DNA from: Leucoraja ocellata
Taxonomy: Eukaryota
Length of the DNA: 64,000 nt
Direction: 5' to 3'
NCBI GenBank assembly: GCA_036785375.1
Contig: JAWMAR010000065.1
Location: 6,820,001-6,884,000 of the forward strand
Position numbers and translations under genes: made by a program. This document shows positions 50,450-60,664 of this stretch, one piece after another. A model generated the notes under the pieces. The model was not told the origin of the DNA and searched no databases. It saw only the letters and a list, made by a program, of their open reading frames with translations. The first letter of the stretch is position 1. Each line of letters begins with the position of its first letter.

Positions 50450-52841
50450 CAGGGCTGCCAACATTGGGTGAGAGTTGAGAGTGAGAAATTGCGAGGGAGC
50501 GTAGCGACCGGGGGGGGGGGGGGGGGGGGAGGGTGTGGGAGGGGGTGTTCCCCTCCCATATTAGGCTCTGGAGGCGGCCCCCACTCACCTGATCCGCTCC
50601 TGGCTCCGAGCCGGGGTTAAAACTCCATGGGGTGTGGACAGAGCGGTCGACGGACATAGAGCCGCTGGAGGTGAGGGTGGGAGGTGTGTGCCGTGCCTCA
50701 GGGAGGGAAGGGGGAGGGGGTGGTACTGGTAGTTTGATAGCCCTGCTTTAAACCAATCCCCTCTAGTGCTTGAATCATATATCCTGGGAAAAAGACTGTG
50801 CATTCACCTGATATTCCCCTCATGGTTTTTACTCACCTCTAAAACAATTTTTGCTTTATTTTGAACTTTCAGCACCCGCAGATATTTGAGCGTGAGAAAT
50901 GTTGTGATCAGCGTGAGAGCATGAGAATTTTGTGAAATGCGTGAGTCTCACGCTCAATGCGTGAGAGTTGGCAGTCCTGCTAATAATGCAAACATTTTAT
51001 GCAAGTTCCAATTGTTTGGACAAAAATCACTTATTACTGCTTTATAACAGTTAAGTTACTTTAAGACCGTTTCAGAAATGATGGCACTCAACAAACAATC
51101 AACTAACAAATTAAAGCAAACTAAAAAGAAATAACATGTTCCCTTTCCTGACTCTACCTCATAAGTACTTTAACGCTGTTAACAGAGCAAAGGGATATTA
51201 ATCTCAAGAATCAAAATGGGGAAAGTGGGGGCAATTTTGCTTAAATGGCCATTCTAAGCCGATTCAGATCTTCACAGAGTCAGAGTTATACAACATGTAC
51301 GTGGCTGGCCCAATTTGTCCACAATGATCAAGTTGGCGTTCTGTGTGCCCAGGGACTGGCTGCCGTTCCCAGATCAGCTCGCGTCCCAGGGACTGGCTGC
51401 AGTTCTCAGGTCGGCTCGCCTGCCCCAACCCTGCGAAAACGAATTGAAAGAAAACGCGGTTTTTCGGGTTACGGGCCGGATTCAGCCCGTGTGCCGTAGG
51501 TTGCTGAACCCTGTCCTAGATGCTTGGCCTCATTGTGGTCCTCCCCATGTTTTACAACCGATTAACCTGGTTAGTTTTATCTCCGGCTGCTTCATGTTGT
51601 CGGCGGCTGCACATCCAACCAAGAAAGAAGAGAAGAGAAGAGATGCAACGTCACTCACAGCCGCCAACTGACGCGCTTCCCCAGACCGCACAGATCGTTG
51701 TGATATGGCGCAAAAAGACAAACTGTGCAGGGACTGAAGACATCGTGAGAATTCTGTCATCAGCGTGAGAATTGGCTGAAATGTGTGACTCTCACGCTCA
51801 AAGCGTGAGAGTTGGCAGCCCTGTCTAAGGCCAGGATGTGACAACAGACGCACAGNNNNNNNNNNNNNNNNNNNNNNNNNNNNNNNNNNNNNNNNNNNNN
51901 NNNNNNNNNNNNNNNNNNNNNNNNNNNNNNNNNNNNNNNNNNNNNNNNNNNNNNNNNNNNNNNNNNNNNNNNNNNNNNNNNNNNNNNCACACACAGGGAT
52001 ACACACACACACACACACACACAGGGAGACAAGACATACACACACAAGGGATANNNNNNNNNNNNNNNNNNNNNNNNNNNNNNNNNNNNNNNNNNNNNNN
52101 NNNNNNNNNNNNNNNNNNNNNNNNNNNNNNNNNNNNNNNNNNNNNNNNNNNNNNNNNNNNNNNNNNNNNNNNNNNNNNNNNNNNNNNNNNNNNNNNNNNN
52201 NNNNNNNNNNNNNNNNNNNNNNNNNNNCACAGGGAGGCACACACACAAACACACACAAAAGGAGACACATACAGGGAAACAGATACACACACACCTTTCC
52301 TTCCCCCCCTCCATCCTCCCTCCCTCCTCCCTCTTTCCCCACCCTCCCTCTTGTTCCTCACGCTTCCTCTTTCTCCCCTTTCTCCTTCCCTTCCTTCAAT
52401 CCCTTTCTACATTCCCTCCCCCTGTCTCTCTTTGCCTCCATCCCTCCCTTTTTTTCTTTCTCTCTTTCTCCCCTCCCTCTCTTTGCCCGGCCGCCCAATG
52501 GGGAGTCTGGCGGGCACGGTGTAGCGTGGATTGGCGGCGTTGGCGCAGCCGTGTGAGTTGAAGGACAGGAGGGAGCGAGGGAGCGAGATTGCCGCGGCAG
52601 CCGGAACGCAGCGCTCGCAGACGGCGCACAAAAGCGCTGACACCCGCTGCCCGGGACCGACGCTCTTCCCCAGACCGTGCAGATCGCTGTCATGTGGCGC
52701 AAAGAGACAAACTGTGCAGCAAAGATCCTATAGCTCCACTATAGGATCTTTTCTGTGCAGGGACTGATGACAGCATGAGAATTCTGTCTTCAGCGTGAGG
52801 GCGTGAGAATTGGCTGAAAAGCGTGAGAGTTGGCAGCCCTG
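50450..52841 (+). mobile_element. Composite non-autonomous TIR element (cagggctgccaac termini) with 6-bp TSD
   Basis: TSD gaaact (50444-50449, 52842-52847) splits a unit of the Helitron's ~48-bp internal repeat; gcgtgaga subterminal repeats; extra internal right ends. Confidence 0.88.
52720..52752. mobile_element. 33-bp minimal MITE with 8-bp TSD
   Basis: ctgtgcag|caaagatcctatag-ctcca-ctataggatctttt|ctgtgcag; paralogous empty site at 51723-51730. Confidence 0.85.
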
Positions 52842-53583
52842 GAAACTGCACTTGAATTTGGTGGCTTTGCACTCTGCTTGGAGTGGCATGAAACTGCACT
52901 TGAATTTGGTGGCCTTGCACCCTTGCACCCTGCTTGAAATGGTAGGAAACAGCATTTGAATTTGCTTGCCTTGCACCCTGCTTGAAATGTAATTTCAAGA
53001 AATAGCCGTGAGTATATTTCAAGAAATAGCCCAAAAATCCATTTGGCCCACAACACCCATAAAAGCGCTCCAGAAAGCCCCCTAATCCACCCCCCCCCCC
53101 CCCCCCCACCCACCTTCCCACCCACCCCCCCCCCCCCCCCACCCCCCCACTGGCCACCAATATTGGAATAGGTGGAGAGGTGGAATATTGCGTTGGGGGA
53201 CCAGCCCTCCCGTGTGAACATGGGACCCAACGGGTCCCACTTAGTCCTATAATATCTAAATACAAGGATGCTATTAAATACATATTACATTCTTCGAAAG
53301 GCAGCAGCTCAATAAAGCTTATCTCGCAGCCAATGTTGTAGCATTAAATGGTAAATAATGCAGCTGTTACTAGCTTAAGGTTTAATAACGACAGTGCAGT
53401 GCCGTGAATAGAAAAATAAATTAAATTTCCCCCCCCAAATAATTTGCAAGGAATTAATCTCCGGAAATGAGGTTGCTTTTTACTATGTAATTGTGATTAC
53501 CCAGAGCTGACATTCATCTCTACGAGAGGGTTGCTTGCTTCATATCTAATTTTCCTTCTCTTCTACCCTGTGGTTTAAAACAG

Positions 53584-53740
53584 GATGAATCTGCAAGCAA
53601 TTGTAACCAGACAGAGGTCTTATGAAGTTGAGCCTCATCATTCCCGAGAGTACGGAGAGACTGAGAAAATTTGTAGGAGATGTCAAATGGCAACTGAGCA
53701 ATTTCCCGCAGCAGAAGCTTGTTCAAATAACCCTGGTTAC
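53584..53740 (+). other. Candidate exon (unverified)
   Basis: ctaat branch-like motif + pyrimidine tract + aaacag|G, open frame MNLQAIVTRQRSYEVEPHH..., possible donor TAC|gtaaat. Confidence 0.25.
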
Positions 53741-53854
53741 GTAAATGATGTGTATCTTTACATTGGACCTTCTTGTATTTAAAGTACACAATTCCAGGTG
53801 TTAGCTGTATTTGGGAGAGAATCGCACAGGCAGGGGAAACAGAAATCAAAGATT

Positions 53855-54165
53855 TGTTTAGATTAGTTTAGAAATGCAGCGCAAACACAGGCCCTTCGGC
53901 CCACCGAGTTCGCGCCGACCAGCGATCCCCGCACACCAACTCATCCTCCACACTCTAGGGACAATTTACAATTATACCAAGCCAATTGTTATATGGTTAT
54001 ATGGCCAATTAGCCTACAAACCTATGTCTTTAAAGTGTGGAGGAAACCGGAGCTCCCGGAGAAAACGGGGAGAACGCACAGACTCCATATAGACAGCACC
54101 CGTAGACAGGATTGAACCCAGGTCTCTGATGCTGTAAGGCAGCACCTCTACCGCTGCGCAACCTT
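53855..54165 (-). mobile_element. V-SINE
   Basis: Same family as 5828-6128. Confidence 0.9.
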
Positions 54166-54467
54166 TCTGCCCTATGACATTAAGATATTCTCAGCAGTCT
54201 TGTAGTTTGGACTTTGTCCACACATTGAGCTGTTACTGGAGTGGCTCTGGTGCAGAGATGAAATCAGGCTTCATCTCTTGTACTTAACACTTATGCAGCA
54301 GCTCAGCTCAGGATCAGTGCCAAACACTTTTATTTTCTGTAGTATTATCACATCCCCTTTCAATTTTCACAGGCTTATCTACCACTGCGCTGTGCCCACA
54401 CTGGCCTTCTTGGATTTCTGGTTCCATGCCTTTCAGCCCCCCTTCTTCTTTCCACACTCACCTGTCT

Positions 54468-54845
54468 ATCATAGAGTCTTTCAACGTGGAAACAGGCCCT
54501 TTGTTCCAACTAGCCCACACTGGCCAACATGTCCCATCTACACTAGTCCCATCTGCCTATGTTTGGCCCATATCCCTCTAAACCTGTCCTATCCATGTAC
54601 CTGTCTAAATGTTTCTTAAATGTTGCGATAGTCCCAGCCTCAACTACCTCCTCTGGCAGCTTGTTCCGTACACCTACCACACTGTGTGAAAAGGTTACCC
54701 CTCAGATTCCTATTAAATCTTTTCCCCTTCACCTTAGACCTACTGTATGTCCTCTTGTCCTCGATTCTCCTGCTCTTGGCAAGAGACTCTATGAGTCCTG
54801 GCAACATCCTCATAAATCTTCTCTGCACCGTTTCCAGCTTAATAA
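54468..54845 (-). mobile_element. CR1/HER1-like 3' fragment
   Basis: QRRFMRMLPG, KGKRFNRNLRGN. Confidence 0.9.
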
Positions 54846-56049
54846 CACCAATTCTAGCAAGACAACATCAGCCTTCACTGCCAGAGTGAGACCAAACGCA
54901 AAGTAGCAGAACAGCACCCCTTGCTTATGCATGGATAGTCAACAACAAATGGCATGAACATTGAATTATGTTTTGGAGCTCATATTAACAGGCCCAATAA
55001 AAACAAATTTCCTTTCTGGTTGCTATGACTTGAGCCAGTGAAACGTGCTCTCTTTTACGTCCCATTAACTTCAATTTCACCGGTTTTCTTGATGTCTCAC
55101 AGGGTTTGTAAGCTGCACTGATGCCAAAAACAATCACTCTCACCTCACTTTTGGGATTCAGCCGTTTTATCCATTTTCATGTTGAAAATCGGAGCCAAGT
55201 GGTTTGGTTAGAAACCGAGCTGAACATCAGTCAGCAGGTTTTGTAAGTGCCGCTTGGTAGCGTTTCATCTTGTTCGTTGCACAATCACTCCATACACATA
55301 CCTAATCAATTTTCCACATTGTTGCATGGATGCCAGTTTTGTTGATGTACAGTAACTGCATGGCCAGCAAGCAGAAAGCACAGGTCTTCAGCACAATAGC
55401 TGGGATGTTTACAGGGCTCAAAGGTTTTGCCTTATCTCGTGGCTTCAGCTGCTACTTTGCAGAGATAATGACTTGCCCACATGGATACTAGCTTGCAGCA
55501 TCCTCTTCTCCACACCTGGTACTTTTATCTACGTAAGTATCCAAAACTTATTAGTCTTAAGTACCTGCAGAAAAAATGATCGCTCTGTAGCAGATAATGC
55601 TTGACTTAAGCAAATGTGGTCATCATTTATTATTGGGTACGGTAATATCATGGATTTCTTACTGGGGAAGTAATGCCAGAAGTACGAAGTAAAGAGATCA
55701 ATTTCTACTGCAGTAACAGGGGAATTGAAATTCAGTTAATTAAATCTGTCCAGAAGAAAAATACATTGAGCCGAGAAATTTATTTGCGAAATTCTGGGAA
55801 AAAAAGAGAATTCAGCTTAAACTGAAATGCTGTGGACATTCTGGAGTGTCAATGTCCATCAGGAAATTTGGCACCTGTCCCTTTGAGAAGATTTTTGTCT
55901 GCATTCGTGCCTTTTCCCAGTGTAAAACTCCTAAGCAGCATCAAAATTCGTCTCCAGCAATATTTTCAACCTAATGGGTTTAAAAAAAAATTATAGTTTA
56001 TTTTAATAATTTTATACTACACGGGGCTATTTAAAGGACCAACACTCGA

Positions 56050-56750
56050 ACTGAACTTTTTGTCCACACGAACTGCCTTGCTGGTGGAGGTCCAGGTCAT
56101 GATCACGCTCAGCTTGCTGGTGTCGCAATCAGTCCAGGTGTCTGCTGCTGATCTCTGTCACATATCATGGATGCATGAAGTACAGTGTCTATACTCCAGA
56201 ACCAAGGTCACCACAACCTCAGTTGGTCGAGCTGCAGTGTGCAGATTAGACTTGTGCTAGCATACACCGGGTGTCCGAGCTCAGAGCTATCATCCATTCA
56301 TTCAATGAAGCATGTGGGAGGATGGGCCTTGATCTCAACATCTGCAAGGCAATGATCCTCAACCCACACCATGCTCTGATAAGAAAGATTCATGGTGAGA
56401 CTCGGGACCACTTTGCACACTTCATGAGTCACTGTCCAGCAAAAGGAGATAGCAATGATGAAATTCATCACTGGCTTCCATGTGCCAGCATAGTCTTTGG
56501 TCTATGGAGGAAAAGAGTATTAGAAATTCAGAACTGGCGCAAAACTCATAGTCGACCTGGTAACAATGATACCAGCCTTTTGCATAATTCTGAAACCAGG
56601 AGTTTCTAGGCACAGAAAATGGTTGATGTTGTCTCTGCAAAATCTTCTGAGTTCACTGGACAGATAAGTAAACCAATATCAGTGTCAATTCCTTGGCTAA
56701 CAACTCCAGCAATGTGGTTCTATCCACACTCCGTCAATCTGCTGGAGTTG
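56050..56750 (+). mobile_element. Highly decayed RTE-clade LINE RT fragment
   Basis: SRTKVTTTSV, ELRAIIHSFNEACGRMGLDLNICK, DEIHHWLPCASIVFGLWRKRV. Confidence 0.6.
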
Positions 56751-56789
56751 CCTACATCGATGTTGTGCTCACCACTAGACTCCCACAAC

Positions 56790-56965
56790 AGCATTCTATC
56801 CAACCTCTCTTTGTAGGTGAAACTCTCTAATCCAGGCAGCATTCTGGTAAACCTCCTCTGCACCCTCTCCAAAGCCTCCTGGTCCTGGTAATGGGGTGAC
56901 CAGAACAGCACACAATACTCCAAATGCGGCTGAACCAAAGTCTTGTAAAACTGCAACAGCATCAT
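56790..56965 (-). mobile_element. CR1 fragment
   Basis: FYKTLVQPHLEYCVLFWSPHY..ALERVQRRFTRMLPG. Confidence 0.9.
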
Positions 56966-58157
56966 TATTGCTATTAAGAGACAGTGATTTATTGGCTTTG
57001 GGATCATGAGTGATGGAAAGAGATTATTGAATTGTTGAAAAAAATCCCATTTGTGCTTAAGGGAAATGACGTTGTTGTCCTTACTCCGTCTGGACGATGG
57101 GCGACTCCAGACATGTTTCACTACCGCTCATTTGTGCCTATCAAGTGGCAGAGCTGTAACTGGAAGCAGCAGAGCGGGTTTACGAAGAGCGAGGAAACAC
57201 GGCAGCAGATGTAACAACAGCAACAATGAGAAAACACATGTTTGACTGGCCCCACATGCTCACCAATCTGTCTGATTTATCTTGTTTGATTCCTGAAATG
57301 AAGCTTTGTTGGAAAATCAATTAAATGCCAAGCTGGTATATTAGCGCAATTTCCAGCACTTTATGGAAGAGCAGCTGAAAGAATTATTGGTGCATGTTTT
57401 CATTCTTATTGCATGATCATTACCTTTAGCAGAGCAATTAATATAATTTCTGACAACAGCTCATTTGTAAATTGTAGTCTAATATTAGCACAATAAGAAC
57501 TTATTTATATGCCTGCTATGTCCTGCCTTCTCAAACACGGGTTTGTTTCATTACAATGACTTTCCAGGATCAGTCATTGTAATTATCAAACGGAAGTATT
57601 TTGGTCTTAAAGTCAGGGAGAAATTGGTCTGAAGGTCAAGATTAATTTGCTCTGGGTCCAGTTTGCAGCAAATTTAGTGGCACAGGCAAAGCAACGTGTG
57701 TTTCTGTTGATAGATGCTTATTCTAGTTGCGTTTGTACAGCAGGGATTATCTGTCAAAGTGTCTCTATGTAAATATCAGGGTTATAGATACTTTGAGTCC
57801 AAGTACAGATGTGGTTTACTAATCAGGTGAAGAACTTTGTTAGCTGCAGATTAGGACAGGATTCTCGAGCAAGTGGCACAGTAAAGACAACAGAGGGGTA
57901 AAATGCAGCAAAGCATCAAGCTTGTCCAATATGCTTGCACAGAATCTGGCTGCTTGATGTTAAACTGCAAACTTGAACCTCGTACTTACTGACGATCCTG
58001 AGTTGATAGGTTCAAAGTCCAAGTCTCAGTTCATAGACTGAAGCATAAAAGATATCTAAAACCATACAATATCAAAGGTGTGCAGGCCTACTTAAGATCC
58101 CATCTTTTACATCATATATTAAACCGAGGATTCATCTGCACTCATATCTAAGATCAT

Positions 58158-58582
58158 TTTATTCCTTGGAGTTTATTCCTTGGAGCACTTAGGGCTTTAT
58201 TCCTTAGAGCGCAGGAGGATGAGTATATATCTTACAGAGGTGTAAAAAATCATGAGAGGAATAGATCAAGTAAATGTTTCGCCCAGAGTAGAGAAATCGA
58301 GAACTAGGTGACATAGGTTTAAGGTGAGGAGGGGAAGATTTAATAGCAACCTGAGAGGAAACATTTTTACACAAAGGGTGGTGGGTGTATGGAACGAGCT
58401 GCCGGAGGAAGTAGTTAAAGCTGGTACTACTGCAATGTTTAAGAAACATTTCTAAAGGTACATGGATAGGATAGGTTTAGGGGATATGGGCCAAACACAT
58501 GCAGGTTGGACAGGTGTAGATGGGCATGTTGGTTGGCGTGGGCAAGTTGGGCCAAAAGGCCTGTTTCCACGCTGTATGACAC
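58158..58582 (+). mobile_element. CR1/HER1-like 3' fragment with stuttered 5' junction
   Basis: tttattccttggag repeated; cataggtttaaggtgagga; cctgtttccacgctgtatgac. Confidence 0.88.
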
Positions 58583-58739
58583 TAAAGCTCCAACACTCTG
58601 CGCGGTGCTAAAGAAAAATGGTAGCTGTTAAACGTCATTCACCATTACTAACGACAGATGATCTGTTTTCTACCACTTTGCTGATTATGGGAACTTCCTG
58701 TATGAACATTACTAAATACAGATTATCTATTTTATATCA

Positions 58740-58850
58740 CCTGCTGATTATGGGAGCTCCCTGTACACAAATCGGCTGCCATGTTTTCTACCTTACAGTG
58801 ACTGCACTTCAAAAGTATTTCATGGCTCTAAAGTGCTTGAAAGGGACATC
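58740..58850 (+). mobile_element. Ancient DeuSINE/SacSINE1-like 3' region (tentative)
   Basis: cacaaatcggctgccatgtttt...cagtgactgcacttcaaaagtatttcatggctctaaagtgctt resembles the recalled DeuSINE tail. Confidence 0.4.
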
Positions 58851-59029
58851 GCAGATGCTTACAGTCAGAGGCATTAGTTTACTTTTATTTCTTTCATTGA
58901 GCTCTAATTATTATTTCTGAGGCCAAAGGGATGACCTAAAATTGAAAGGTCTTTCATCTTACTGCATTCAAGATCCTTGCACTTTGTATAAATCTTCAAG
59001 TTCATTCCCATCTACTGGTCCATAATCAT

Positions 59030-59300
59030 AAGATCAGAAGAGATAGTAGTAGAATTAGGCCATTCGGCCCATCAAGTTTACTCCGCCCTTCAATCATGGC
59101 TGATCAATCTCTCCCTCCTAACCCCATTATCCAGCCTTCTCCCCATAGCCTCTGACACCCATACTAATCAAGAATCCATCTACCTCAGCCTTAAATATAT
59201 CCACTGACTTTGCCTCCATAACCTTCTGTGGCAAAGAAATCCACAGATTCACCATCCTCTGACTAAATAAATTCCTCCTCATCTCCCTCCTAAATGATCT
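59030..59300 (-). mobile_element. CR1 3' fragment
   Basis: gaattaggccattcggcccatc...ccacagattcacc. Confidence 0.88.
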
Positions 59301-59403
59301 ACTGATGGTCCTTCATTTCCACCATGTGATCACAGCTGATCACCATGACTACCATTCTGCTGGTAAGGTGCAAAAATATGATGATATGTTGGAGGGTCAT
59401 ATG

Positions 59404-59792
59404 CAAAGATCCTCTAGCAAGCAAGATAGATCACTCGACGAAAAAGACGTAGTACGGTCATGGGCAGATTCATGGGTAATTTTCGGCCCCATTTCCGTAA
59501 CTGGCATCCATCTCCGCACAAAAGATCCCATAGGATACTAGTGCGGAGACGGAAGCCGGTTACAGAACCATCCCCCTAAAAATAAAAGTTATTTGGCAAA
59601 AATCTTCTCCGCATTTTCAGAATTTTAATTTATTAACACAAACAGTGCAACGTTGATTACACTGCAAGTCGGGTTGGGACGGGTCGGGTTACGGAAATGG
59701 GTGAAAAAAAGGCCCACGTTCCGTTGCGTACTACACGTCAGCCCATTGCATTTAGCAGGAGTGGTCTATCTTGCTCCGCTTTAGGATCTTTG
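59404..59792. mobile_element. 389-bp MITE with ~32-bp TIRs (CAAAG...) and 8-bp TSD; P-element- or hAT-like
   Basis: gtcatatg|caaagatcctctagcaagcaagatagatcact ... agtggtctatcttgctccgctttaggatctttg|gtcatacg. Confidence 0.88.
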
Positions 59793-60664
59793 GTCATACG
59801 ATCATAAATGCTTCGCGATAAGGAGAGATATAAAATACCTTAATCCTTGAGTTAACAATTTTTCTTCTATCTCAGCACAAATAGTTCATCATAAATAATG
59901 ATAGCCATTCTGCAGTATCATGCTGTTTTATTACCTCAGTTTTTTATTTGTCCCCTCAACCAGAGAACAGCGTCACATATCTTTAATTTTTGCATTAGGG
60001 TGTTGTGTGTCACCTTGCAAAGGGTGGATAAGGATATAATGTATCCTTTTGGGATGGTTTAGGTTTACATTTGCATCCATTTGCACACAGTATCAATTCA
60101 ACTAATGGACTCCTTATCAATAAACAAATAAATCATATCGTAGTACACTCCAGGTAGAATTGAAATGACCGTCCCAGTATTATCATGCAATTTATACTAA
60201 ATTCATCTCAATTATTAAAATGATATTAGCCTGATTAGAATAAATACCTATCACTTCCGATCATCTCATTATTACTAAGTGTAGCTGACTTGTGAGAAGC
60301 ACACATCAAATCCATGCATAAACAAGCATATTTTTCCAGTAAAATAAACTGCTTCTTAATCTGATTGCTGAAAATTCATGATCCATGGATAATATTCTCC
60401 TCATTTATATTTATTTCAGGTTCATTACATGCTAACAACTACATAAAAATATCTAATTAATTTCACTGTGTTAACTGAAGTAGAAATGCAAACTGTTTAG
60501 TTTTATTTTTTAAAATTGAGCAGCCTTTCGCTATATTCAAAGTTGTTTTGATCCAAACACATTGCTCCCAGGTACATAGCACAATAGAACATAGCATAGA
60601 ATGATGACAAACAGATCATATTTTGTATGTTAAAGCTGGTCATGGTGTGAGAAAATCTGCATCG

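Larger units (their letters stand above)
49597..53250 (+). mobile_element. Non-autonomous Helitron related to 12796-14093, carrying nested insertions
   Basis: A|TCtatattactaaaa start; 3' hairpin tgggaccc-aac-gggtccca (53221-53239) then cttagtcctat (degenerate CTAG); 3' ~200 bp matches 12796-12960. Confidence 0.85.

Noticed and set aside
51530-52524. Long ORFs of 178-270 aa
   Set aside because: They run through N-gaps and CA/CT low-complexity sequence
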